NCBI RefSeq assembly: GCF_009914755.1 | Contig: NC_060943.1 | DNA: 64,000 nucleotides | Source: the human T2T-CHM13v2.0 reference genome, Homo sapiens | Strand: one strand, 5' to 3' | Shown: in pieces, positions 24,638 to 48,384 of the stretch | How positions within the stretch are numbered: the stretch's first letter is position 1 | Layout: each line of letters begins with the position of its first letter | Position numbers and translations under genes: made by a program | The notes under the pieces: model-generated | Database searches by the model: none | Told to the model about the DNA's origin: nothing | What the model saw: only the letters and a program-made list of their open reading frames with translations

Positions 24638-25256
24638 TAGCTGAGATTACAGGCGTGTGCCACCAAGCCCCGCTAATTTTTGTATTTTTAGTAGAGACGG
24701 AGTTTCACCATATTGCTCAGGCTGGTCTCAAACTCCCATCCTCAGGTGATCCGCCTGCCACGGCCTCCCAAAGTGCTTGGATTACAGGCGTGAGCCACTG
24801 CGCCCGGCCCAAGTTCCCCTTTTTATAAGGACACTAGTCATACTGGATTAGAGCCCACCTTAATGATCTCATTTTAACTGGATTCCCTCTGCAGAGGCCC
24901 TATATACAAATAAGGTCGCATTCTGAAGTACTAGGGGCTAGGACTTCAATATGTGAATTTGGGGAGGGAACACAACTAAACCCTTAAGACCTCATAAAAA
25001 ATCTTAGGTGGGTATGATTGGAAACATGAGGAGCAGCAAGCTTCTTGCATCTGCTAAGTGGCAGAACTAGGACTGGAACCCTGGCAGCCCAGTTCTACAG
25101 CCCAGGTTCTCACCACTAGGCTATATTGCCTCACATGTGCACTGAGTAACCCAGAATCACTCCTTTTGTCCCCCTCCCTAGAAGCTTCATGATTCACAAA
25201 GGACACCCCTGTGTTTCTCATTGTCACCTCTTGCTCTAATTTCCTGCTTCTGCTGA

Positions 25257-25532
<276 letters not shown>

Positions 25533-25535
25533 TGA

Positions 25536-25670
<135 letters not shown>

Positions 25671-25862
25671 TGAGTAGCTGGGATTACAGAAGCCTGCCAC
25701 CACGCCCAGCTAACTTTTGTATTTTCAATAGAGACAGGGTTTCGCCACGTTGGCCAGGCTGGTCTCGAACTCCTGACCTAGGTAATCTGCCCACCTCGGC
25801 CTCCCAAAGTGCTGGGATTACAGGCATGAGCCACCGGGCCCGGCCTAATTTTAATTTTTTAA

Positions 25863-25887
25863 TGTGTGTGTGTGTGTGTGTGTGTGT
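25863..25887. repeat. (TG)12 microsatellite
   Basis: Perfect TG run. Confidence 0.92.
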
Positions 25888-26308
25888 AGAGATGGGGTTC
25901 TCACTATGTTGCTTAGGCTGGTCTTGAATTCCCAGGCTCAAGTGATCCTCCTGCCTCAGCCTCCCAAAGCACCAGGATTACGGGCACGAGCCACCGTGCC
26001 TGGAAAGAATTTTATCTTTAAGGAAAAAAATGGCACCCTCCATTTCTCTCAGCCCAGAGGAATCTACTTTCACCTTGTTTATTGTATCACTTTGTGATTT
26101 ATCTCCCTATCTCTAAATACCATGTTTGCATGACTACCTCTTGATTTTTCAATTTTAGGCATTTTTCCATCCGCTTCTCACTATGGAAGACATACTCATA
26201 CTCTTATTTAAATCAATTCAGCCTCCCACATTGTGACTCTGACAGATGAATATTCAGTGTTTACATGTTATGACTATGTAAATGCTCTCACAGCTGCCAC
26301 AGTAGTAA

Positions 26309-26509
<201 letters not shown>

Positions 26510-26636
26510 TAATTTTGGTAATTTTAGTAGAGGTGGGGTTTCACCATGTTGGCCAGGCTGGTCTCAAACTCCTGACCTCAAGTGATTGGCCTGCCTCAGC
26601 CTCCCAAAGTGCTACGATTACAGGCGGGAGCCATAG

Positions 26637-26846
<210 letters not shown>

Positions 26847-26921
26847 TAATTCAAACCCAAATTATCTGTTTACTGTCTAAATCTCTTCTTGGTATGTTCA
26901 GAAGTATATTAATATACTTAA

Positions 26922-27245
<324 letters not shown>

Positions 27246-27722
27246 TGAGCCACTGTGCCTGGCCTTGTCAATTTCATCTTATTGAAGAAGTTGCTCTTAT
27301 GGCCTTCTGGCCTGCTCCAGCCTGGGCATAGCCGCCATCTTGGGATCACCTTTCACCTTCATCCCTTCATCTCTGGTTTGGATCCTGTTGTAGCACAAAT
27401 TCTAACTCTTTCTGGGTTTTGCTTCCTTGTTCTTTTGAGCTTCCTGACAGAGGCACATAGCGGGTATATTTTTGGAGACATTGCAAATCTGAAAAGTCTT
27501 TTTTTCTGTCCTTGTACTTGATGGACAGTCAGGCTGGGTATAGAATTCTGCATTAGAGCTCATTTTCCTTCAGAATTTGGAAGAGTCACTCTATTGTTTT
27601 CTAATATCCAGTGCTACTGTAGAGAAATCCAAGATCATTCTGATTCCTATGCCTTTGTATGTAACCTGTTGTTTCTTTTCCTTGTCCTTGGTGGACTGAC
27701 ATTTATCAGTGACATGCCTTGA

Positions 27723-28338
<616 letters not shown>

Positions 28339-28341
28339 TGA

Positions 28342-28503
<162 letters not shown>

Positions 28504-28790
28504 TGATCTGTTTCCGTTGCTGGGTCTTTCAATCGTATTCTCATGTCATTTGTTCTGAGAAAATTTCTTGAATTTTCTTAAATTCTTTTATGTACAATAT
28601 CTCCCTCTCCTTCATTTCTCTGTTTGTTTATTTATTTATGTTTAGAGACAGGGTCTCACTCTGTTCCCCAGGCTAGAGTGCAGTGAGGCAATCATAGCTC
28701 ACTGCAGCCTTGACATCCTGGGCTCAAGCAATCCTCTCGCCTCAGCCTCCCGAGTAGCTTGGACTACAGGTGTGTGCCACTTTCGTGTAG

Positions 28791-29513
<723 letters not shown>

Positions 29514-29945
29514 TCAAAAATAAAAATAGAAAATAAAGAATAAATAAATAAAATTTAAATGCAAATAGCCATATGTGGCGAGCTAGTGGTTGCCATAGAG
29601 GACAGCACTAGAAAATTCCATCTTTACAGTGAGGCACAAGGGAGAGGCAGCTCCCAGGGCTCTGGCCGGCTCGCAGGCCAAACGTGGGCTCACCCTACCG
29701 CTTCCGGCAAGTAACCCCACAGGGGGAGAAAGGAAATGCACGTCCTAAAAAGAAATAGAGAAACACAGCTTCTCCTCCCAGCCAGTTCTTGGTGCCCTTT
29801 CCATGAGAGATGTGCAATTTCTCACTCACTCAAGAGGGGCAAAAAAGGAAATATCAAGGCCCCTTTCCGTAATGTAAGCATTATTTTTTTTTCTTTTGGA
29901 TCAATTAAAATATGGATGCATTCACACTCACACATTCCAAACTAA

Positions 29946-30623
<678 letters not shown>

Positions 30624-30752
30624 TGAACTTCTGACCTGAGATGATCCGCCCACCTCAGCCTCCCAAAGTGTTCTTGGGATTACAGGCGTGAGCCACCATG
30701 CCTGGCCCACTTCTTTTCTTTTCTTTCGAACTTCTTTTTTAAAAATTTTTAA

Positions 30753-31052
<300 letters not shown>

Positions 31053-31468
31053 TAATTGTTCATTGCTAGTATATAGGAATATAATTTATTTCACATATTT
31101 TGTAATTTATTTCGTATATTGATCTTGTATCATGAACCTTGTTGAACTTCTATTAGCCATAATAATTTTTATTGTGGATCCTTTGGGATTTTTCTATATA
31201 CAATTCTATTAATTCGCTAGGGCAGCCATAACAAAATACCATAGACTGAGTGGCTTACACAACAGAAATGTATCGCCCCACAGTTGTAGAGGCTAGAAGG
31301 TCAAAATCAAGGTGTCGGCAGTGATGGCTCCTTTTGAGGGCTGTGGGAGGACCTCTTCCAGACCTTCCTCCTTGGCTTGTAAAAAGCTGCCGTCTTCCTC
31401 TGTCTCTTCACCTTGTCTACCCTTTAAGTGCCCATTCAGCCACTTGTTTTTTTTTTTTTTTTTTTTGA

Positions 31469-31600
<132 letters not shown>

Positions 31601-32197
31601 TGACTAATTTTTGTATTTTTAGTAGCAACAGGATTTCGCCATGTTGGCCAGGCTGGTCATGAACTTCTGAACTCAGGTGATCCGCTCGAGGTTCAAGCAA
31701 TTCTCCTGCCTCAGCCTCCCGAGTGGCTGAGATTACAGGCACATGCCACCACACCCGGCTAATTTTTGTATTTTTAGTAGAGATGGGGTTTCACTATGTT
31801 GGCCAAGCTGGTTATGAACTCCCGACCTCAGGAGATCCGCGCCCCGGGCGGCCTCCCAAAGTGCTGGGGTTAGAAGCATGAGCCACCACACCCAGCCGTC
31901 CAGCCATTTCTTAGTAAGCACCTAGTGTGTGCTAGGCACTGTTCTAGACCCTGTGGATACAGTGGTGAATCAGACGGGCAAAGTCCCTGCCTCATGGAAC
32001 TTAAATTCCAGTGAAGGGAGACGTGCAATGCACGGAATAAATGAGAATATTCTATAGTGCATTCCAAGGGGATACGCGCTATGGGTAAAAATAGGGCAGG
32101 GTGAATGCATTTGGAAAACTGGGGCGGGAGACTGGAGGTTGCAGTATCAAATAGGGTGCTCAGGAAGGTGTCTTTGGAGCAAACACCTGACGGAGGT

Positions 32198-32850
32198 TGT
32201 AACTGCCCAGTGGGTTCACGTTGCCCGCTGCCTAGACAGAGCCGATTTATCAAGACGGGGGGTCTGCAATGGAAAAAGAGTCATTCACGCAGAGCCGGCT
32301 GTGTGGGAGACCGGAGTTTTATTATCACTCACATCAGTCTGCCTGAGCATTTGGGAACCAGAGTTTTTAAAGATAATTTGGCGGGTAGGGGCTTGGGAAG
32401 CGGGGAGTGCTGATTGGTCAGGTTGGAGTTGGACTCACAGGTGGTCGAAGTGAGGTTTTCTTGCTGTTTTCTGTTCCTGGGTGGGATGGCAGAACTGGCT
32501 GAGCCAGATTACCAGTCTGGGTGGCGTCAGCTGATCCATAGAGTGTAGGGTCTGTAGAATATCTCAAGCACTCATCTTAGGTTTTACAGTAATGATGTCA
32601 TCCCCAGGAGCAATCGGGGGAGCCAGAGGCTGCATGGCCCCTAACCTTAATTTCTAATCTTGCAGCTAATTTGTTAGTCCTGCAAAGGTAGACTAGTCCC
32701 CAGGCAAGAAGGGGGTCTTTTTAGGAAAGGGCTAGTATCGATTTTGTTTCAGAGTCAAACCATGAACAGAATTCCTTCCCAAAGTTGGTTTGGCCTATGC
32801 CCAGGAATAAGCAAGGACAACTTAAGGGTTAGAAGCAAGATGGAGTCAGT
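32198..32850 (-). mobile_element. Solo ERV1 LTR (LTR8-like), antisense, inserted into an L2
   Basis: Begins TGTAACTGCCCAGTGGGTTCACGTTGCCCGCTGCCTAGACAGAGCCG and ends ...GGTTAGAAGCAAGATGGAGTC, matching the reverse complement of LTR8 as I remember it. Confidence 0.75.
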
Positions 32851-34468
32851 CAGGCAAAGGCACTTTCAAGGTGAGAGAGTGAGTCAGGCAGCTGTCTAGG
32901 AGAAGAATGTTCCAGCAGGCAGAACAGCCAGTGCAAAGGCCCTGGGGCAGGAGCGAGCTGGAGAGGTCCAGGTGCATCTCCCAGGCCAGAGTGAGGGGGG
33001 GCTTGGGAGATGAGGGCAGATGGGTAAGGAGGGATGGGGTGTCAGGTGGCACAGGGCCTCTAAACTCGAGGTGATCCAAGTCACTCTGAGTGACGAGGGG
33101 AGCCAAGAGGGGGTGGTGAGCTGAAAAGGGACAGCGCTGACTCAAATGTTAAGATCCCTCTGGTGACAGAGTGGGAACAAACAAGAAAGAAAGGACGGAT
33201 GCAGGGAATTTTAATTTTTCCCCAACCTACACCCAAACAAAGGCTGTAGGAAATGGCTGAGGTCTTTTTGTTTTGTTTTGTTTTGTTTTCGAGACAGGGT
33301 CTCCCTCTGTAACCCAGGCTGGAGTACATGGCACAATCATAGCTCACTGCAACCTCATCCTCCTACCCTCAAGCGATCCTCCCACCTCAGCCTCCCAAGT
33401 AGCTGAGATGACAGGCATGCACCACCAAACCCGGCTAATTTTTAAAGTTTTTGTAGAGACAGGTCTCCCTTTGTTGCCCAAGCTGGTCTCGAACTCCTGG
33501 ACCCAAGCAGTCCTCCTGCCTCAGCCTCCCAAAGTGCTGGGATGACAGGCATGAGCCAGGGCCCCTGGAATGGCTGAGTTTTAATAGATATTTAGGGACC
33601 ATGAAGGGGTGGTGGATGCGAGAGGGGAGGGAGACAGTATATCCCAGAAAAACTGAGCAAACCATTGAAAGTGAATGCTGTTAGAGCTCCTCTTTCTGAA
33701 ATCTCTCAAATATTTCCACCACTGGAAGCCTTGACTTTTAGCTTTCTCCAAAATGTAACTTGAGTCTCTCCTTCCACTCCCGCTTGTCCTCTGAGGACCC
33801 CTGGAGACACTCCTCCCATCTTATCCCAGTCCCAGCCCTTCTATCCCTAACTCTAGAAACTCCACATTCTTCCCACTTAAACATCAATAGCACTTCACCT
33901 TTCACCCCCAAGGGCATCTTCCTAAACAAAGAGAAACGTAGGGAAAAATTACAGTTTGCCTACAAGGCAGAAGTGCCTGCAGGCAGTGGTGGTATTTTTC
34001 TCGCCTATACTTATATTCCAGATGTCATATGGGAACTCCCTGTTAGGATCTATATAAAATTAATTCAAACCCCATTCTCCAACGGTGGGATGATGAATGT
34101 CCTCCCCACGTTTCTGCTAATTCTCCGGAGCTTCACATTCTCCACCCCTGAGTCTTTGCTTCAGCTAGAGAGACATTCAATTTGGGGGATCCACTTCCTG
34201 TCTGTTTCCCCACTTAGCATGTATGGACTAATTCAGTCCTTTTCTCTAATTTCCACGCAAACAACCACACACACACGGCATTTATATGTGAGCCTGTGAG
34301 TGCGTGGACAGGGTTTTTCTGAAGGTTTGGGGACATAGGAGGACTTAAATCAACAGACAGGCTAACTACTCAAGACTAGAGGTTAAGTATTCTTCTCTGG
34401 AAGATCCTTTGGCTTCTCTTCAACTCAGCATCCAGCCGCCTTTTTTTTTTTTTTTTTTTTTTTTTTGA

Positions 34469-34576
<108 letters not shown>

Positions 34577-34921
34577 TAACTGGGACTACAGATGCCTGCC
34601 ACCACGTCTGGCTAATTTTTTGTATTTTTAGTAGAGACAGGGTTTCACCGTGTTAGCCAGGATGGTCTCGATCTCCTGACCTCGTGATCCGCCTGCCTCG
34701 GCCTCCCAAAGTGCTGGGATTACAGGCATTAGCCACCGTGCCCGGCCTAATTTTTGTATTTTTAATAGAGACGGGGTTTCGCCATGTTGGCCAGGCTGGT
34801 ATCGAACTCCTGACCTCATGTGATCCGCCCGCCTCAGCCTCCCAAAGCGCTGGGATTACAGGCGTGAGTCACTGCGCCCGGCCAATATGAACTCATATTC
34901 TATATAGGATTCTGGGAGTAA

Positions 34922-35092
<171 letters not shown>

Positions 35093-35095
35093 TAA

Positions 35096-35281
<186 letters not shown>

Positions 35282-35932
35282 TAATCCCAGCATTTTGGGA
35301 GGCTGAGGCAGGAGGATTGCTTCAGCCCAGGAGTTTGAGACCAGCCTGGGAAACAGAGTGAGACCCCATCTCTAAAAACAAACAAACAAACAAATAAATA
35401 AATAAATATTTAAAAAATATATAAAATACACCCCATACATCCTTACCTGTCAGAGCATAAGCATTTATCTCATACCACAGAAGAGTTACACAGTATTCCT
35501 CTGTGTGGATTCATTTATTCATTCATTCATTTATTCTGCAAATATCTATCAACCCCGTCCTACATGCCAGGAACTATGCCCCAGCCACAGATGAGAATAA
35601 GACCAACTGGGACCCTGGGGGTCTTGCAGTCTCATGGGGAAGGTTGAGATTAATCAAACAACCACAGAAATAAATGTAAAATGACAGCAGTTGTAAATGA
35701 GAGTGATAGCAGCATGTGCCATAACAAATGCATCCATGAGAACTAACTCCACAGCCCTGCCCTTCTTCCCACCAAGTCTTAGAAATCAGGGCCTAGGCTG
35801 GGCACGGTGGCTCATGCCTATAATCCCAGCACCTTGGGAGAAACCCACTTTGGGAAGCCAAGGTGGGACGATAACCTGAGGTTGGGAGTTTGAGACCAGC
35901 CTGACCAACATGGAGAAACCCCATCTCCACTA

Positions 35933-36076
<144 letters not shown>

Positions 36077-36200
36077 CTAGGCCAAGTGTGGTGGCTCACG
36101 CCTGTAATCCCAGCATTTTGGGAGGCTGAGTTGGGTGGATCAACTGAGGTCAGGAGTTCAAGACCAGCCTGGCCAACATGGTGAAACCCCATCTCTACTA

Positions 36201-36359
<159 letters not shown>

Positions 36360-36540
36360 TCAAGAAAAAAAAAATAAATAAATAAATAAATCAGGGCCTA
36401 GTGGGAGAACCCAAGCAAGTTATGTGTCTGGGTCTGTGTTTTCCCATCTGAAAAGAATGGTTATCTCCCTACAGGCTCACACCTGTAGTCCCAGTACTTT
36501 GGGTGGCCAAGGCGGGAAGATCACTTGAGCCCAGGAGTTA

Positions 36541-36765
<225 letters not shown>

Positions 36766-36845
36766 TTAGACTAGATAGAACAATGCTTGGCACAATATAA
36801 CTGATCATTCACTCGCATTATTTTTTTCCCCATTTCCCCTTCTAA

Positions 36846-37814
<969 letters not shown>

Positions 37815-37898
37815 TCAAGAGCTCAGGGCCAGTTAGGATTTGGAGCAGTTGGAGGTTACAGGTGAGGAGGTTCCAGGCCTGGCGGCCAGGGCATCTAG

Positions 37899-38680
<782 letters not shown>

Positions 38681-38699
38681 TAAATGGAGAGGAGAGAGG

Positions 38700-40500
<1,801 letters not shown>

Positions 40501-40529
40501 GTTTTTAACCTTTCATCCATTGGGACTCA

Positions 40530-40725
40530 AAACTGTGAGACGCGTTCGCCAAACTGTGACCCCAGACCTTGGCCCCGCCACACAGAAACCCCTGACCCAG
40601 ACTGTGACATCCGACTCCTAAAATGGTCATCCGACTCCAGACTGTGACCCCTGACCCCAAACTGTGACCCGAACCCCAGACTGTGCCCCGACCAGACTGT
40701 GACCCTTGACATCAAACCGTGACAC
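40530..40725. repeat. Degenerate ~20-bp tandem repeat (ARACTGTGACCCYNGACCCC) in the GRIN2D 3' UTR
   Basis: The ACTGTGA core recurs at ~20-nt periodicity. Confidence 0.8.
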
Positions 40726-41073
40726 CCCCTCCTCCTCTTCCACCCTCGGTCGCTTTTCCCTACTCTGACCTAGGACACGTCCCCAACGGAAGCCCCGCCT
40801 TCCCTTGCACCGCGATGAACCCAACCTCCCTGAAGCCAAAACTTCCCACCCTGCCGCACCTCCGGACCACCCCACTTGCCACCAAGCACATCCTCTCCAA
40901 ATCCAACCCTTATTTGCGACCCTTCAGTGATGACCCAGCAGACCTCCAAAAAGCCTCCTCTGCCCAGATCTCCAGCCGGGTCTGGGGCTGGGTTGCGGAG
41001 GGGAGGGTCTGGGAGTCCACACTTCTCCACCAACTTCCCTTCCCACTCTCTTATTCCACATTGCAGTGTTTGG

Positions 41074-41079
41074 AATAAA
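41074..41079 (+). terminator. GRIN2D: GRIN2D polyadenylation signal AATAAA (3' UTR ~40107-41095)
   Basis: First AATAAA after the stop codon, followed by TGTTTTT. Confidence 0.85.
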
Positions 41080-41829
41080 CCATGTTTTTATGCCTCCTCA
41101 GTCCAAGCCTAAGCTCCGTATCTGTTAGCCCCCCTCAAATTCTCTGGAGGAAACAGAAACACAAAAGTCCCACAGGGGAAGAGGAGACAGAATTAGAGAG
41201 AGAACAGGGACTCTGAAAGGAGGTGCCTGGGGAGACAAAGACCAAGAAAGAGGAGGTGGGAAGAGACCCTGAAAAGAAAGTCGAGAGGGTACTGGGGCAG
41301 ATAGAGACCCCAAGAGAGTGGTGAGATAGATCCCGGAGACAAAACATATTAAGATCAAAGGTATGGTTTTATTTCCTATGGCTATAGGTACCAAGGCTTG
41401 CTACATTCTCAATATCCTGTTCATGCAAGCTAGGAGAGTGTCTGACATATCCCAGCCAATCCGCATTATCTTGAATGCTGTTAATCTCACCAATGAGAAT
41501 CTATTTCTAACATTTCATTATGTCAATTAGCCAAACCGCTGGTGCTGATGGGCGATAAAGAGAGACGAAGCACTTGTAATAGCTGCCTCCAGAGGGTGGA
41601 CTTTCTGATTAAGTGCTCGCTGACCAGAGCTGAAATGTGAATGTCTGGTTAGGCAATTGACTGCCCCTAGAGGGTAGATTAAACCGCCTAACTTACAGAT
41701 AATATCCATCCTGTCTACAAGAAAGCATTTTTGAAACAAATGAAAGCCATCACAACAGAGAGAGGAAAAGAAACCGGCCTTATGGGTCCTCGGGGAGTAG
41801 AAACTCAGTCTCCTTGCCAGTGAAAGAGC

Positions 41830-42180
41830 AAATTTGCATATATGAATAATTAATTAAGTGGAAAGAACGCTCTCGGAATCAAACTGGAAGATGGGGAAAA
41901 CAAGCCTCCCGTAGAACTACAACTCCCAGAAGGCCTTGCCACTACCGCGAGGAACAGCGCCCAAAGTCACGCGAAGATGCAGTTTCTCCGTATCCGCAGG
42001 CTTCTTTCGCTGGCGCCATTACCTGAGTTCTCCTCCAGCGTTTCCGCACCCTCTCCGATTAGCGGTCCCAGGAGTTTCCAAGGTAACCGCGCAGTAGGGC
42101 GGATCTCATTAGGCGGAAAGCGAAACCCGGAAGTGACGCTCTTACCGGGTGTCAGCAGCGAGAGGGTTCGAAGATGGCGG
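41830..42180 (+). promoter_or_regulatory. GRWD1: GRWD1 TATA-less CpG-island promoter
   Basis: Octamer ATTTGCAT 41832-41839, ZNF143/SBS ACTACAACTCCCAGAAGGC 41916-41934, ETS/GABPA CCGGAAGTG 42127-42135 fused to a half-CRE TGACG, and YY1 AAGATGGCGG over the ATG. Confidence 0.8.
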
Positions 42181-42360
42181 CGCGCAAGGGTCGGCGTCGC
42201 ACGTGTGAAACCGGGGAACCCATGGAAGCCGAGTCCGGCGACACAAGTTCCGAGGGCCCGGCCCAGGTCTACCTGCCCGGCCGGGGGCCGCCGCTACGCG
42301 AAGGGGAGGAGCTGGTCATGGACGAGGAGGCCTATGTGCTCTACCACCGAGCGCAGACTG
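42174..42360 (+). CDS. GRWD1: GRWD1 coding exon 1 (glutamate-rich WD repeat protein 1, Rrb1 orthologue)
   Basis: [23 protein letters not shown]...[31 protein letters not shown]; gtaggg donor. Confidence 0.96.
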
Positions 42361-42552
42361 GTAGGGCTGAGTCCGGACTCCAGGGTCCTGAGGTGGCTGA
42401 TCCCGAGCCTTTAACCTGAGAGGTGCTCGGGAAGAGAAGGCTGGGGTCTAAGAGAAGTGATTTCATACCGGAGGCGGTTGATCCATGAGGGAGGTGGGGA
42501 CTGAGCTCTTACTGTCCCGTCTTAACTCGTAAACCCCGCCTTCCATCCCCAG

Positions 42553-42670
42553 GCGCCCCCTGTCTCAGCTTTGACATAGTCCGGGATCACCTGGGAGACA
42601 ACCGGACAGAGCTTCCTCTTACACTTTACTTGTGTGCTGGGACCCAGGCTGAGAGCGCCCAGAGCAACAG
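42553..42670 (+). CDS. GRWD1: GRWD1 coding exon 2
   Basis: [39 protein letters not shown]; cag acceptor, gtaaga donor. Confidence 0.95.
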
Positions 42671-42848
42671 GTAAGAGCCGAGGCTTTTCCAGGACCAGGA
42701 GGCTCAGTTTCCAGCCCCTTCCTCAGCACCCAGGAGTTAGGGCTTCCAGTTTCTGCCTCTCGCAGATCCAGGAGTCTGGGTTTCCAGCCTCTCTCCTTCC
42801 TAAGAATCCTGGAATCTAGTGCCTAACTCACCCCACAATTTCTCCCAG

Positions 42849-43011
42849 ACTGATGATGCTTCGGATGCACAATCTGCATGGGACAAAGCCCCCACCCTCA
42901 GAGGGCAGTGATGAAGAAGAAGAGGAGGAAGATGAAGAGGATGAAGAAGAGCGGAAACCTCAGCTGGAGCTGGCCATGGTGCCCCACTATGGTGGCATCA
43001 ACCGAGTTCGG
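42849..43011 (+). CDS. GRWD1: GRWD1 coding exon 3 (acidic tract)
   Basis: LMMLRMHNLHGTKPPPSEGSDEEEEEEDEEDEEERKPQLE...HYGGINRVR; cag acceptor, gtaagt donor. Confidence 0.96.
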
Positions 43012-43099
43012 GTAAGTATGGTCCCAGGAGCCTGCTCTGCATACTCTGAAACACATCTGACCCATCCCCTGTGTCCATAACTCCCAACACCTCCTCTTC

Positions 43100-46083
<2,984 letters not shown>

Positions 46084-46474
46084 CTAGTGAACAAACACAG
46101 AGGCAAGGAGATCCGAGGACTGAGTCTTGTGGCCTTCTAGCATTTAGAGGGTTACCGAGACCAGGAGCCTGAACACCCTCCCAAGGGCTGGTGGGAATTG
46201 CAGCCTCAACTCCCAGGCATCCTGGGGCTCTATCCTCCCACCTCAGCTCCCCCACCCACTCCCACCCCCTGTGGAGAGCTGTCCCAGTTACCATGCTGGT
46301 TTTTGCAGGTTGTGATTTTCTTCCCACAGAGGTTTCAAGGAGCTGTAGTCCCAGGCCTGGGAGATCTGAGGAAGCGCACTTCTGGTTCTCTGGGATATGG
46401 GGAGCGTGGGGTCAGTGCCTTGATCCTCCTCTCCCCTCGCTTCACATCACCCTTCCCCCACCGCTCTTCTGCAG

Positions 46475-46688
46475 GTGTCATGGCTGGGTGAAGAGCCTGT
46501 GGCTGGGGTGTGGTCAGAGAAGGGCCAGGTGGAGGTGTTTGCGCTGCGGCGGCTTCTGCAGGTGGTGGAGGAGCCCCAGGCCCTGGCAGCCTTCCTCCGG
46601 GATGAGCAGGCCCAAATGAAGCCCATCTTCTCCTTCGCTGGACACATGGGCGAGGGCTTTGCCCTTGACTGGTCCCCCCGGGTGACCG
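46475..46688 (+). CDS. GRWD1: GRWD1 coding exon 4
   Basis: VSWLGEEPVAGVWSEKG...FSFAGHMGEGFALDWSP; cag acceptor, gtgagt donor. Confidence 0.96.
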
Positions 46689-46827
46689 GTGAGTCCCTGG
46701 GGTGTTCAGGAGTCCCGGGAGGTCGGGGGAGCAGGGTCTGCAACAAGGGGCCGGGCGCTTAGACTCCAAGGAGGGGAGCGAGCTGCGGCCAGGTGGGGCG
46801 AGGTCATTTCCTGACTCCCTTCCCCAG

Positions 46828-46970
46828 GTCGCCTGCTGACCGGTGACTGTCAAAAGAACATCCACCTCTGGACACCTACGGACGGCGGCTCCTGGCACGT
46901 GGACCAGCGGCCATTCGTGGGCCACACACGCTCTGTGGAGGACCTGCAGTGGTCACCGACTGAGAACACG
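46828..46970 (+). CDS. GRWD1: GRWD1 coding exon 5
   Basis: GRLLTGDCQKNIHLW...GHTRSVEDLQWSPTENT (WD40); cag acceptor, gtgagg donor. Confidence 0.96.
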
Positions 46971-47195
46971 GTGAGGGAGGGTGGGGTTCTGGTCGTTTAG
47001 TTCTGATGGATTCTAGGCCAGGGACCTAGAATCCTAGGTCTGAGGGAAAAGAGGGCTGGGAGCCTGACGGAGGTTTAGTTTCCAGGCCAAGTCATAGTAA
47101 GGGGAACAGTGAAAGAGAGAGTAGCCCACCGCTGGCGCTTGGGCTTCACTGCGGGCTGGGGGGCATTGGGACCACTCAGACTCCGCCTCCCCCAG

Positions 47196-47393
47196 GTGTT
47201 TGCCTCCTGCTCAGCTGACGCCTCCATCCGCATCTGGGACATCCGGGCAGCCCCCAGCAAGGCCTGCATGCTCACCACAGCCACCGCCCATGATGGGGAC
47301 GTCAATGTCATCAGCTGGAGCCGCCAGGAGCCCTTCCTGCTCAGTGGCGGGGATGATGGGGCCCTCAAGATCTGGGACCTTCGGCAGTTCAAG
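47196..47393 (+). CDS. GRWD1: GRWD1 coding exon 6
   Basis: [17 protein letters not shown]...[19 protein letters not shown] (WDxR motifs); cag acceptor, gtattt donor. Confidence 0.96.
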
Positions 47394-48195
47394 GTATTTT
47401 CCCAGCCGGACACCTGGGGGCTAGAGAAGCTTGCTCCCAGCAGCCCCTGGGATTTGTAGGATTTTTCCTCCTTGATTAGTTTTACACAACCAGAGCTGGA
47501 GAGCCCTTAGAACTAGACTCCTGCCTCTTCAGGGTACAGAGGAGGAAACTGAGGCTCAGCAAGAGGAAGGGTGGCGGGTCTCCACTCTTGGGGTCACTCA
47601 CTCTACCAGGGGAACAGCTGACAAGAGATGGAAGGGGCTGGGGCAGCAGAGACTAGGACTCTCATCTGCCTGTGGGCAGAAGTACAGGTGTCTGTACGGC
47701 CAGTGCTGAGAGCTTCAGAGAGTTGTAGATTTCTAGATGCAACTGAGAATCGGGGCCCAGCCTGCTCGTTGTAGGAGAAGACTGAGGCACAGAAAGGACA
47801 GGAGCCGCTGTGACATGACAGCCAAGCTAGAGGTTGACATTGTGGAGCTGGGAGGGTCCCTGTGCAGGAGAAGTTGCAGCGTCCGGCATCCCTCTGGACA
47901 AAGCCGCAGCTTTGTGTGGCTCTGCCTTCCCGGGCTGCCATGATGTCATCCTTTTTCTCCTCCAGTTTGATCGTTTCTATAGCGTCAGCCCTGGGGAGGA
48001 GGCTGGAGACGGATTCCAGCCTCCCAGGCCCACCAGGTCACACAGGGCCCAGCTTGTTGACCATTGGAACTTCAGAGCAGCCTCTCCTAATGAGAGAGAC
48101 GCCAATTGAGCGGGGCCTTTGCTGTAGTGAAAGTGCTGTCATTCTTAGTCTTTCTTTGGGTCGGCTTCCGGGGATTGTGTTTCTGCCTCCTTTGA

Positions 48196-48384
<189 letters not shown>

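Noticed and set aside
33760-34299. 179-aa ORF in non-Alu intronic DNA
   Set aside because: Non-ATG start, no recognisable homology and no supporting splice structure.
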